Virus record (IMG/VR): IMGVR_UViG_3300035034_002381 | Coordinates: 64,001 to 128,000 of that record | Reading direction: 5' to 3' (one strand) | Length of the DNA stretch: 64,000 nt | DNA from: a virus | Lineage: Duplodnaviria > Heunggongvirae > Uroviricota > Caudoviricetes | Shown here: positions 1-10,400 of the stretch, in pieces | Layout of the letters: each line of letters starts with the position of its first letter | Numbering within the stretch: the first letter of the stretch is position 1 | Notes under the pieces: model-generated | What the model was told of the DNA's origin: nothing | Databases searched by the model: none | Seen by the model: only the letters and a program-made list of their open reading frames with translations | Translations under genes and position numbers: made by a program

Positions 1-1230
1 GTTTTAGTTTATCATTCTGAAGTAAATGTGACCGATAAAGTTTTTAAATTAGAAGCAGATTATTCAGGTGGGTTCGACATGTTTGAATTAATCACAGGAC
101 CCCTTGATTACTCTGAAGCTCGCAAAACTATCATTAGTGTTTTAGATTGGATAAGTTTGTATGGATATACAAATGATCGTTGTTCTATACATCTAAATGT
201 TTCTTTTGGGCCCAAATTAAAATCAACAATTGAAGTCACAGATCTAAACGTACTTAAGTTTATTCTTAACTTTGACGAAAAAAGGGTATATGAATATTTT
301 CCAGAACGTGAAAATTCTGTGTATGCAAAAAGTATCAAAAAGGATTTAGAACATACGATTTTTTTCCAGAATTATATACCAGTAGATTTTAATTTACAGG
401 ATTTGGTAAAAGTTCCTAATGAAAAATACTATGGAATAAACTTTCTCAAGAAAAATGATAATTATATAGAATTTAGATATTTAGGTGGAAAAAATTATGA
501 AAACAGAACTCCCAAGATATTAGAGATGATGGACTTCTTTATACAGAGTTTATTCTATAATATTAATCATCCTGAATATACCCAAGAAGAAGAAAACAAA
601 CTGAAAAACTTATTTAAGATTTTCCAGAAAAATTTACGAAGTATTAACGCATATCATAATTTTAAAAAGGATTATAAAGATGTAAATATAAGTATTGATC
701 TAAAAAGAGATGATCAAGTAATTGTCACTTATTGGGAACATATTAAATACCGCGTTTTTGATTTAGTCGCAAGATGTGGAGTTAAAAAAGGTCAAATCAA
801 TTATGATACCGAAGTGGGTAAATTGCAAATCTTTGAGTGTGATATGACTTATGCATCAATTACTGATTTAGACGTTATTAAATGTAAGATATCAAATTCG
901 AATGTGACTAGGTGTGAATTGTTTTATAATAAAATAGACAACTCGATAATTCATAATGCGAATGCTGTTAGAGAAAATGAGTTTGAAGATTGTAAAATTA
1001 AAGACACTAATCTTTATGCGACAAATATATGTAAAGATTGTGTAATCGAAAATGAGATACATACTATTAATGGTCAGTTCATTAATGGCATAATTAGAAA
1101 AGGAACTGTGGGTTCGTTAGCTAAATTAGATGGTACTATTCAAGTCGAAGAACAAATCGCAAAAAATACCAAGCCAGATAAAAAAATTATCAAGGACTGG
1201 AAGTGGTTAAAAAGTATACAAAAAACATGA
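1..1230 (+). CDS. Putative amidoligase (COOH-NH2 ligase-like), 5'-truncated by window edge
   Basis: Frame is open from base 1. Motifs ELITGP, CSIHLNVSF, KYYGINF and IEFRYLGG fit phage amidoligases. The C-terminus has short periodic beta-helix-like repeats. Confidence 0.65.
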   Translation, partial: VLVYHSEVNVTDKVFKLEADYSGGFDMFELITGPLDYSEARKTIISVLDWISLYGYTNDRCSIHLNVSFGPKLKSTIEVTDLNVLKFILNFDEKRVYEYFPERENSVYAKSIKKDLEHTIFFQNYIPVDFNLQDLVKVPNEKYYGINFLKKNDNYIEFRYLGGKNYENRTPKILEMMDFFIQSLFYNINHPEYTQEEENKLKNLFKIFQKNLRSINAYHNFKKDYKDVNISIDLKRDDQVIVTYWEHIKYRVFDLVARCGVKKGQINYDTEVGKLQIFECDMTYASITDLDVIKCKISNSNVTRCELFYNKIDNSIIHNANAVRENEFEDCKIKDTNLYATNICKDCVIENEIHTINGQFINGIIRKGTVGSLAKLDGTIQVEEQIAKNTKPDKKIIKDWKWLKSIQKT

Positions 1231-2141
1231 ATAAATTAAAAACTTTCCAAGAATTTATCAATGAATCTGAAGTCAATGAAAAGATGGCTTTGATTGATTA
1301 TAATAATTATGCGCAAATAATTCTTGACGCATTTAATGCAGCACCTAAATTTGATAGGTCCGCGACTAAACATTGGGATTCACTCTTAGATTCTTCAAGG
1401 GACTGGTATAAACGCATGATGTCAGATATTGAAATCGAAATGGTTGATAAAGAAGTTTATAACAGTGTACCTGAAATGATTAAGCGAGTTAAAGCGGAAA
1501 AGAAAATTTATGTGACTCGGGAATATAGAGATCATCCATATTGGAATGACGAAGAATATCGTATGTTTAGAGCTGTACATGATTATATAGTTCATGTTTT
1601 AGGAAAATCCAATTTCGATTTAAGAGGTGAAATGAAAGCAACAAATTTACATATGAAACTTATTCCTGAACTTGCAAAACCCGCGTTATTTATGGAAATA
1701 CCTTGTAATGTAGCAAATATAATTATTACTGGTAAAGCTCCTGACCAAATTAAAATAGCTGCATTAAATCAATTTGATTTCGAAAATATTGGTAACGTAG
1801 AAGGTTATGAGGTTGTCAATAAAAAATTAGTAAAAACAACAAATGAAAATATTGACGAGTCAAAATCTAATATAATAGGACAAACTAAATCCAGTAAAGA
1901 AATTTATTTAAACCCATCATTAAGTGATGTGGATGATTATACCAAGGAAGACCATAAAGAAGCAGCTGCTTTACATCATACATTATATACTGAAGCACCC
2001 AAAAATATGAGAAATCATAAAAAATATCAGAATCATAAAAGACAAGCCAAGTTCCACTCTGATTGGTCCAGCGGAAAGAGCGATAAGTCGACAAGTTATG
2101 GAAGTGTAAAAAACTTCACACCTACAAAAAGAACAATATAA
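1227..2141 (+). CDS. Leader-bearing putative internal head protein (MNKLKTFQEFINE), multi-module
   Basis: ATG at 1227 gives the leader. Contains an FRAVHDxxxH...GE motif and an internal TNENIDES linker. Confidence 0.6.
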   Translation: MNKLKTFQEFINESEVNEKMALIDYNNYAQIILDAFNAAPKFDRSATKHWDSLLDSSRDWYKRMMSDIEIEMVDKEVYNSVPEMIKRVKAEKKIYVTREYRDHPYWNDEEYRMFRAVHDYIVHVLGKSNFDLRGEMKATNLHMKLIPELAKPALFMEIPCNVANIIITGKAPDQIKIAALNQFDFENIGNVEGYEVVNKKLVKTTNENIDESKSNIIGQTKSSKEIYLNPSLSDVDDYTKEDHKEAAALHHTLYTEAPKNMRNHKKYQNHKRQAKFHSDWSSGKSDKSTSYGSVKNFTPTKRTI

Positions 2142-2146
2142 ATACA

Positions 2147-2668
2147 ATGAAAAATTTAAAAACATTTGACGAGTTTGTCAACGAAAAGAAGAAAGATACA
2201 TACGCAGAAGAACTTACTAAACTTGAAGGAAGACTTTTTGATTTAGGAAGCAACAAACTACATAATCCAACTACTGAAGCAGGTAAGCGGAAATTAAAAG
2301 CCCAACTTGAGAAAAGAATAAAAAAAGTTAAAGAAAAGCTTAGCGAAGGTATCATCAACGAAGGATCATACGAGGATTTTATTTCTACTTATGGTAAAGA
2401 AGTCAAAAGTCTCATAAAAACAATTGAGAAGATTGGTAAACAATGGGAGAAGGGTGAAATTTTAGACGACTCAGTACAAGCAGCGTTTGTGAAGATTGAT
2501 AAGATTTATGACCCAGAAGTCGGTCGTTTGATAGACAGTATTTTGGGTGGCCGAAGTATTGTACAGGACGTTGGTCAAACTGCAATAGATATACTAAACA
2601 AATATGGTACCGAGCCGATGCAAGTTGTGAATGCAATGAGCGAATTCACATACAATAAATTCAAATAG
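2147..2668 (+). CDS. Leader-bearing putative internal head protein (MKNLKTFDEFVNE)
   Basis: N-terminal leader; an internal LSEGIINEG linker separates two modules. Confidence 0.6.
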   Translation: MKNLKTFDEFVNEKKKDTYAEELTKLEGRLFDLGSNKLHNPTTEAGKRKLKAQLEKRIKKVKEKLSEGIINEGSYEDFISTYGKEVKSLIKTIEKIGKQWEKGEILDDSVQAAFVKIDKIYDPEVGRLIDSILGGRSIVQDVGQTAIDILNKYGTEPMQVVNAMSEFTYNKFK

Positions 2669-2723
2669 GTAAATGAATCTGGTGTGCAGTGGGATGCTAA
2701 TAAGAAAAAATAAATAAAAGGTA

Positions 2724-3455
2724 ATGACGCGTAATGAATTCATACTACAAGTAAAGGATGAGATCAAAGGATCTTGTGCATTGCCGTATAGTATACCTGA
2801 TAAAGAAATCAACAGGATCATTAATCAATCCAAGAAATGGTTTTTCCGAAACTATAATGAATCAGTCGAATCACAATATTATGTGGTTCCTCGTGATCAA
2901 TTTAAATTACCTGAGTTTAAAAATGGTAGAACTATTCAATTACCTAAATGCGTAGTGGCTGTTACTGAGCTTAAAGAAATTTCAGGTGGAGGAAGATTTT
3001 TTGGAAATGACCTAGATTTTACTGATGATAAATATTTTGCATCAGAAATTTTTCTATCTCCGTTCCAATCAGACGATTTAGTTATGCGGACTGCTCAATA
3101 TGCTTATTGGGATTTATCTAAGGCGTTTTTTCTAGAAGTTATTGCACATGATTTTAATGAAAATACTGGCAAATTAAAGATTAAAGGAAGAACTCCTAAG
3201 AAAGATGTATTTATTGATACATATATTCAAATACCTGAGGAGGATTTATTTGAAGATTGGTATTTTATTAGATTTGTGACTGCGACAGTCAAAAAAGCAT
3301 TAGGCAGAATTCTCGGTTTTTTTGAATATAATTTACCGGGTGGAGTGACTATTAATGTCGCCGATATTAAATCCGAGGGTGAGGATGAACTAAGAGATCT
3401 TAAAGAAGATATTGATAATCAGAATTCACCTGACTGGTTCTTCATGTTCCACTAA
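2724..3455 (+). CDS. Neck protein, T4 gp13-like
   Basis: The C-terminal LPGGVTIN...GEDE motif, 243-aa size and position before baseplate genes fit gp13-like neck proteins. Confidence 0.7.
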   Translation: MTRNEFILQVKDEIKGSCALPYSIPDKEINRIINQSKKWFFRNYNESVESQYYVVPRDQFKLPEFKNGRTIQLPKCVVAVTELKEISGGGRFFGNDLDFTDDKYFASEIFLSPFQSDDLVMRTAQYAYWDLSKAFFLEVIAHDFNENTGKLKIKGRTPKKDVFIDTYIQIPEEDLFEDWYFIRFVTATVKKALGRILGFFEYNLPGGVTINVADIKSEGEDELRDLKEDIDNQNSPDWFFMFH

Positions 3456-3467
3456 AATAAAAAAGTT

Positions 3468-3818
3468 ATGAAAACATTTAAAGAATTTATTAACGAGGGT
3501 TATGAAGATCTGCGAGATGAAGTTGCCCAGGCTGAATTTGGAATGGATTATGATCAATTAGGACCAGGAGAAAAAGAATGGGTGCGTGATGAATTAAACG
3601 AAAATGAGATTGAAGGAGGACTTTCTGACGGAAAGTCTATCGAGGACATTGCTGATAAACATGGAGTTTCACAAAAAGTTATCCAGGATCAATTAAAAAA
3701 GGGAATAAAGGTTGAAATGGAACATACAAATAGTAAAAACCAAGCCGAGGAAATTGCATTAGATCATTTGGTAGAAATGCCTGATTATTACGATAAGTTA
3801 GAAAAAATAGAAAAATAA
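3468..3818 (+). CDS. Leader-bearing protein (MKTFKEFINE) with DUF5661-like C-terminal module
   Basis: Leader is nearly identical to T4 internal-protein starts. QLKKGIKVEMEHT...EIALDHL.E.PDYY.KL module. Confidence 0.6.
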   Translation: MKTFKEFINEGYEDLRDEVAQAEFGMDYDQLGPGEKEWVRDELNENEIEGGLSDGKSIEDIADKHGVSQKVIQDQLKKGIKVEMEHTNSKNQAEEIALDHLVEMPDYYDKLEKIEK

Positions 3819-3820
3819 TC

Positions 3821-4072
3821 GTGGATTATTGTATAAGCTATAAAATATTGTATGAAAGTAGAGCTACACACATAGATATTAACAAATTACCAAAAAAGGA
3901 ATTTGATTATCTTATGAGATATTTACAATCTCCAACTCACATGGGAAAATTTGATGATGCCAAATATTATAGTTTGCGCACAGGTATTGATGTAGCTGAT
4001 TTACTTATTATGAAAATAGCACATGGAGACAAAAAATCTGTAGATTCGTTTAGAAAATATCATACTGTATGA
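3821..4072 (+). CDS. Hypothetical protein, weak leader variant
   Basis: GTG start, tightly packed ORF; begins VDYCISYKILYES. Confidence 0.45.
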   Translation: MDYCISYKILYESRATHIDINKLPKKEFDYLMRYLQSPTHMGKFDDAKYYSLRTGIDVADLLIMKIAHGDKKSVDSFRKYHTV

Positions 4073-5061
4073 ATAAGTTATTAAAATTCAAAGAATTTTC
4101 CCAGGATCCTAAAATACAAATATTGATGCGAGGGACTATTGGTCTAACATCAAAGGCAGATGAATTAGTTACAAAACTAATGAAAGAACTTTATGATGAT
4201 TGGATTCATTTAGTTTTAATCAAAAAATATCAGGATTATAATCGAGCAGAAAGAATACCAGATAATCGCAGATGGAATGATATAAACTATTCATTACCTA
4301 TATTGAATATGACTTCTAGACCACATGTACTCTTAGAAAACCCACGGGCAAAAATCTATAATAAAATACATGATTATCCAGTATCTGCAGATAAAGTCAT
4401 GTTTTCAAAAATTTTTAGTGGCTCTAAATTTTTACCCAAAACAGTTTTTCAAGAAAGAGAAATTAACCAATTAGAATTTCCAATTATTGCTAAGCCTAAA
4501 GCAGGTTTTTCGGCTCAAGGAATTGAATTGTTTAAAACAAAGGAAGAAGCTTTAGAATCTATGACAGAATTTGATCTATGGTCAGAAGCTAAAAATATTA
4601 AGACAGAGTTTAGATTGTTTATTATGAATGGTGAAATAATTCATTTAGCCGAAAGAATAAAAAATTCTAAAAATGATAAATCTGTAGGATCAAAGGATAA
4701 AGACGAAAAAATTGATCTTGTTTATATTGACCAAGATTGGAAAACATTTCCAGAAAATTTAAAGTCAAAATTACTTATTCTACATGAAGAAGTAAAACAA
4801 AAGGTTAATTTAGATTTTTATGATATTGATTTAATCTTAGATACTGAGGAAGAGTTTTGGGTACCTGAAATAAACGGTGCGCCAGGCATTGGACCTTCTA
4901 TGTTTTCTGCTATTTATACAGCATGGATAGAAATGACTCTTAATAGACCACCTAAAGAATCAACAATACAAAGATTAAATCAAATCAGAGATATTCATCG
5001 GGAGTTTATGAAAAATACTTACAAAAAGGAATATCAGGTATCGATTAATCCTGTGAAATAG
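4069..5061 (+). CDS. RimK-like ATP-grasp ligase with partial leader (MNKLLKFKEF)
   Basis: ATP-grasp motifs FPIIAKPKAGFSAQGI, EFRLFIMNG, DIDLI and VPEINGAPG. Confidence 0.75.
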   Translation: MNKLLKFKEFSQDPKIQILMRGTIGLTSKADELVTKLMKELYDDWIHLVLIKKYQDYNRAERIPDNRRWNDINYSLPILNMTSRPHVLLENPRAKIYNKIHDYPVSADKVMFSKIFSGSKFLPKTVFQEREINQLEFPIIAKPKAGFSAQGIELFKTKEEALESMTEFDLWSEAKNIKTEFRLFIMNGEIIHLAERIKNSKNDKSVGSKDKDEKIDLVYIDQDWKTFPENLKSKLLILHEEVKQKVNLDFYDIDLILDTEEEFWVPEINGAPGIGPSMFSAIYTAWIEMTLNRPPKESTIQRLNQIRDIHREFMKNTYKKEYQVSINPVK

Positions 5062-5079
5062 GATATTGGTTTAAAGTAA

Positions 5080-5087
5080 GATATATA
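5080..5087 (+). promoter_or_regulatory. GATATATA candidate late promoter
   Basis: Intergenic, 12 nt before the gp25-like start; recurs before many virion genes. Confidence 0.55.
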
Positions 5088-5099
5088 TTCTAATAACTA

Positions 5100-5465
5100 A
5101 TGCCTATACAAGAAATATATATAAGACAACCTGAAGATCCTAAATTTAATGCTACAACGTTAGATTTTTCAGATGAATATGAGATTATCATATCTAAAAT
5201 ATTCATGATATTAAATACTCGTAAAGGTGAAGTTTTGGGTGATTATAATTTTGGTGTAAGTTTGGAAGATCTTCTTTTCACATTTGAAATTAACGATACT
5301 GAAATAGAAACTAAAGTGCTAAATCAGATTCGTACATATATTCCTGAATCAATTAAATTTGATATTAAACTAAGTGTAAAAAGATATAGAGGAGAAGTAA
5401 GAGATATTATCCTTCTAGATTTTATAATTGATGGCCGCCAATCATTTGGTGTGTTAGTAAAATAA
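5100..5465 (+). CDS. Baseplate wedge subunit, gp25-like
   Basis: LNTRKGEVLGDYNFGVSLEDLLF is the gp25/GPW signature; 121 aa. Confidence 0.85.
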   Translation: MPIQEIYIRQPEDPKFNATTLDFSDEYEIIISKIFMILNTRKGEVLGDYNFGVSLEDLLFTFEINDTEIETKVLNQIRTYIPESIKFDIKLSVKRYRGEVRDIILLDFIIDGRQSFGVLVK

Positions 5466-5473
5466 GTTTGAGA

Positions 5474-7159
5474 ATGAACGAGATTTTTAGTACAACAAGA
5501 TTAAAGTTTGCGGAAATGTACCAAGACAGTGTAACATTTCTAGAAAAAACTTATGGTACTGTTGGTAATTATTTTACTAATGCTAGTCCTTTTGGGCAAT
5601 TACTTCGTGTATCGTTGAATTTAGCTCGATTGATTTTTTATTATATTGAGGATTCAATTACCGAGTTAAACATTTTCACAGCAACCCGAAATAATTCAGT
5701 TAGAGGATTAGCACAGTTGGTGGGTCATAATGTCACTCGTCCTATTGCCGCTTCAGGAGATCTCAAGTTCACATATAATGGAAAGCCTGTCAATATGTAT
5801 GGAAATTCTGTCATCTTACCTAATCATACAGAATTAAAAAATGGAGTCAACGGACTAAAATATACTATGTTTCTTTCAGGTGATTCTGTATCGCTAGAAT
5901 TAAATGCTCGTAATTCTATTGATGTAAGAGTTCAACAAGGTTCCATGGAAGTTCAAGTATTTACAGGTACCGGAGAAAAACTTCAATCTTTTAATGCTGC
6001 TACTCGTGGTGGTAAAAATATTGACCATCATGAAGTAACTGTTTTTGTCAACAATCAAAAATTCAAAATCTATAAATCGTTATTCGATATTCCTAAAGAT
6101 GCAAATGGATGTTTGGTAAGAACTTCACAAGGTGAAGGTATAGATATTTTCTTTGGAAATTCATATAATGGAGCAATTCCAGCAACAGGATCTGAAATCA
6201 GAATCGAATATTTAACTACTCAAGGTCAAGAAGGTAATATCAATACTACCGATACTGATATGCAATGGGAGTTTATTGATAGTGGATTTGATTTAAGTGG
6301 TGAAGAAGTAGATTTAAATGACATTATAAATGTTTCCATATCCAAACTTATTTCGTTTGGTTCTAGTTTTGAACCTATTTTCTTAACAAGAATTATTGCT
6401 CCTAGGACTTCGCGATCATATGTCTTAGCTAACCCTGATAATTACATTGTTTTTCTAGAAAAATTTAATTATTTCAGTATTATTGATGCATTTAATACTT
6501 TTGATGATGAGTATTTAGATGATGATAACGTCATTTATCTTTTCCTAATACCCGATGTCAATAAAAGAATTTCGGGTAATGATAATTATTTTACCATAGA
6601 CAAATCATATTTTACTTTAACTAAAGACGAAAAAGATAAGATCTATATTCTGATAGAAGAATCTGGTCAAAAAATGGTTACAGCAGTCAATACAATAATT
6701 GATCCAATCATCAAAAAATATATTTTGAATATCTCATTAGTAGTTTTTGAAGGCTTTAGTCGAAGTTTTATCAAACAGCAAATTATTTCTAAAATGTCAG
6801 AATACTTTATTTCGTTCAGAAGAAGAGATCGAGTACCAAAATCTGATTTAATTCGAATAATCGAAAATATCGAAGGTGTTGATTCTGTTAATTTATGGTT
6901 CACATCTCAAGAAAATGAGGCAAATAAAAAATCTAATCCTGATGCAGAAGCTGTAGGTTTAGATGAATTTGGTGATATCATTATCGGTAGAGGTGAATTA
7001 CCACTTATACGAGGTGGTTGGGAAGACAGAAACGAAGTGGTTTACGAAGATTCCACAAATGACGAAAAGCCCAGCTCAATCAATATTTCTGTTAAAAAGG
7101 TTATTCCCAAAAATTATAATTCTGAAGTACACAGAATTAATGTTGATAAAATCAGATGA
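5474..7159 (+). CDS. Baseplate wedge protein, gp6-like
   Basis: Follows gp25-like gene. Shows NIFTATRNNSVRGLAQLVGHN, the baseplate J/gp6-like N-terminus. ATG at 5474 preferred over TTG at 5468. Confidence 0.75.
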   Translation: MNEIFSTTRLKFAEMYQDSVTFLEKTYGTVGNYFTNASPFGQLLRVSLNLARLIFYYIEDSITELNIFTATRNNSVRGLAQLVGHNVTRPIAASGDLKFTYNGKPVNMYGNSVILPNHTELKNGVNGLKYTMFLSGDSVSLELNARNSIDVRVQQGSMEVQVFTGTGEKLQSFNAATRGGKNIDHHEVTVFVNNQKFKIYKSLFDIPKDANGCLVRTSQGEGIDIFFGNSYNGAIPATGSEIRIEYLTTQGQEGNINTTDTDMQWEFIDSGFDLSGEEVDLNDIINVSISKLISFGSSFEPIFLTRIIAPRTSRSYVLANPDNYIVFLEKFNYFSIIDAFNTFDDEYLDDDNVIYLFLIPDVNKRISGNDNYFTIDKSYFTLTKDEKDKIYILIEESGQKMVTAVNTIIDPIIKKYILNISLVVFEGFSRSFIKQQIISKMSEYFISFRRRDRVPKSDLIRIIENIEGVDSVNLWFTSQENEANKKSNPDAEAVGLDEFGDIIIGRGELPLIRGGWEDRNEVVYEDSTNDEKPSSINISVKKVIPKNYNSEVHRINVDKIR

Positions 7160-7419
7160 GAATTAAGAAAACATATTTAGTTAGAAAAAGTTTGTTTAGA
7201 CATATTCAGCACCGAAATGATTTAGGGCATCAGTTAGGTTTTGATTATGAAGATAAACTACTTGAGAATTCGATCAGTAGTTATTTTTTCGGTGAAGAAA
7301 AAAGAGTTTCGATAATTAAAAATATTGAAGAACTTTACGTCTTTATGGTCGATGGTGTTAAAAATATTAAAAAGACTTTTCATATTGCAATAGAGAAAAA
7401 TTCCAGAAACATAAACTAA
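7156..7419 (+). CDS. Small baseplate-operon protein
   Basis: Translationally coupled between the gp6-like and gp7-like genes. Confidence 0.55.
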   Translation: MRIKKTYLVRKSLFRHIQHRNDLGHQLGFDYEDKLLENSISSYFFGEEKRVSIIKNIEELYVFMVDGVKNIKKTFHIAIEKNSRNIN

Positions 7420-10400
7420 TGATATTTTTACAAAATTGGAAATTCTTTTCGAAAAAAGGTAATCAATTAAATCTTTCGAGAAAACAAAAGATCAGCATTA
7501 GTATTGCTGATTCTAGTGGAAATGGTGTCGAAATTCAACCTATTACATCACCTAGTGGTGATTTAGTTTTTTTGGAAATAATCAATGGTGGGCTAGGTTA
7601 TTCAACACCAGAAATAACTTTACTTGACGAATTAACACAAGAATCTCATGTCATTCCTGCAGGTGATATTATTATAGATGGTGACGGGATAATTACAGCT
7701 ATAAATTTAGGTACACCTAATACTAATTGGTCATATCCGGCTTTTTCTCTAGAAGGAAGCATTTTTATAGATGAAAAAATTCCCACTAATTTAATTGAAA
7801 CAGAACATATTTTTATTCTGGAAGAAGTACAAGATCTTATAGTTTCTACACAAAGAAATTATGTATTTCCAAGATATTGTAATGACTTGGTAGCCCCATG
7901 TACTTCAAACCAACCCAAAATAGAATTTTCTTGGACTACAAAAGAAACAGATGAAGCTGATAAAGATGCATTTTTTATCTTTGATGTAGACACAACAAGC
8001 GAACTTACTCCATATATTGAAAAAATCGATACATTGGCAGCAGATTTACTTGATGGATCAGTTAATGATTACAATTTAACTTCAACAAGATTAATCAGAA
8101 TATTGGGGGAAGAAAATCCGCGAGTAATCAAATCAAATATCGGATTTTCTTATGAAGAAGAAGGAGTATTTGAAAGAACTCTAGAAATATACGATGCTAG
8201 TCAAGAGACAAAGTATTTAATTGCAGAAATTAAAATACATGCTGAGACTGAATCAGAAGATCCAAGATTTAAAACTATTTTAGATAATCTTGGGCAAAAA
8301 ATTAATGCTGATGAAGAATTTATCTTTAGAGATTCTGATGTTAGTGAATCTTTACCAAATGTTAAGCTTCTAAATGAAAAACGTAAAGAGTTCATATTAG
8401 AACATGCAAACATTATTTCATATATTGGATCATACAAAGGTATTTTTAATGCTTTAAACTGGTTAGGTTATAACGATCTCAAGTTACAAGAATACTGGGT
8501 GAATGTTAATGATCAAACTATAAATTATCTCAAGTATAAACCTGTTGATATTCCTTTTGACCTTGCAAGAAAAGGTGAAGATATAGTTTCATCTCAATTA
8601 TTACCATCAAACAAATATAAGAAAACAAATTTATTTTCATTATCATATGATATTAATCGTGAAAGTGGTGAAATTGATGAGTTTGGTATTCCGATTACTG
8701 AGGATGCCTTTGAATTTACAGATGAGGAAGTTCTAATTAAACTTTTTGCTCTAAAAAAATATTTGAAGGATAAATTTCTGCCGTTAAATGCTAGAATCAT
8801 TGATATTAATGGTCAGGGAGTTTATTTTGAAAGATATGCGATAAGTTCTTGGACAGATGGTACACAAATTTTGGATATAAGTTTAACTAGAGAAGCTGAT
8901 TTTACTTGTCTACCCAAAGAATCTACAATTATTGATTTAAGATCTTTAGAAGAATATGATTATTTTCAACCTGCACAAATTACACCAGTATTAACACCCA
9001 CAGGTCAAATAGGATCTTTATCATTAGTTGATCCAGGATTTGGTTATGTAGGAACTGTTACTGTCAAAATTACTGGTGGAGCGCCAAGTGTACCTGCGAC
9101 TGCATCTGTTGTGTTAAATTCTTTAGGTGGAGTTGATAGTGTAAGTATTATTAATCCAGGATCTGGATATATTTATCGTCCAGAGATCAAAATTATTCCA
9201 GAAGCGACAAATCCAGATAAAGACTCTACAATTATACAAGAAATTAAATCCAGATTGTTAGGATTTTTTGATGGAATCAATGATCTTAGTGTTCTACCAG
9301 ATAAAGCAAATACTCCAGTTGGTGCTCCAGTATTTTTAGACGTTACTACATTTAACGATGTCATTTGGGATGACATCACACAACCATGGAATTCATTTTA
9401 TTATAATTATCGCCAGGCAGAAATTAATTTATTTGTAGATGGTAGTGGTACAATTTCAGGATTTGAGATCATCGATGAAGGTGAAGGATATGTTTCCGCT
9501 CCAACTGTAACTTTACAAGGTGGAAGTCCAACTGTTCCAGGAGCAATTACACTTACAATTACTGCAGGAAGTGTGACTAACGTTACAATCAATACTCCAG
9601 GTAGTGGATATGTTGCAGAACCTATTGTATCTTTATCGGGTGGTGTCCCAGTTTCTGCATTAAATACTTGGGATAGTATTGGTTTCGGAGATTTTTATGA
9701 AATAGAATGGATCATTAGAGGTCAAAATCCGCTAGTTTACGAATATCGCAGAAGAGGTAGAGTAGATGATTTGGCTAAACACATGGTCATATTACCAAAT
9801 ACTGGTGTATATGATATTGAACTAATTTTATATGACACTGACAATAATTGGACTAACGAAATTAAGAAAGGCTGTGTAACTGTTAAACAACCGGAAATTA
9901 CATTTGTAAATTTCTCAAGATTTTTACAAGGATGGCAAACATGGAATGACTTAGACAAAATAACGTGGGATGAAGCTACATTTGAATGGTTAACTCCAGT
10001 TAGACATAAGACAACTTGGGATGACCTTGATTTAACTTGGAATGAGTTAGAGATGGCGTATTATACACAAAACGAATTTAATAAGTTCACGCCGTTATTA
10101 ACACAAGATATTCTAAGAGTTTCCGAATATGACAGATATTTAGGTCAGATAACCGAAGTTGATATTTCTATTAATGAAATCACAGTAGTCAATGCGCCTG
10201 TTAGACCACCAAACACACCTGGTGATTATATTTATTTGCGCCAAGATGAAACGATTATTAGAAAACAAATAGTTTCAATTGATCATAAACATTTTATTGA
10301 TTCAGTAGAGGTTGATACACCAGGATCATATACAATTAACATTAATTTTGGTACAGGAGTTATCAATAATGCTAGACCTATTGCTGTTATTGATCCACCC

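Noticed and set aside
2137-2144. T4-type TATAAATA late promoter (also at 17234-17241)
   Set aside because: Both copies coincide with the upstream gene's last codons and TAA stop, and one is only 2 nt from the next ATG; probably incidental.
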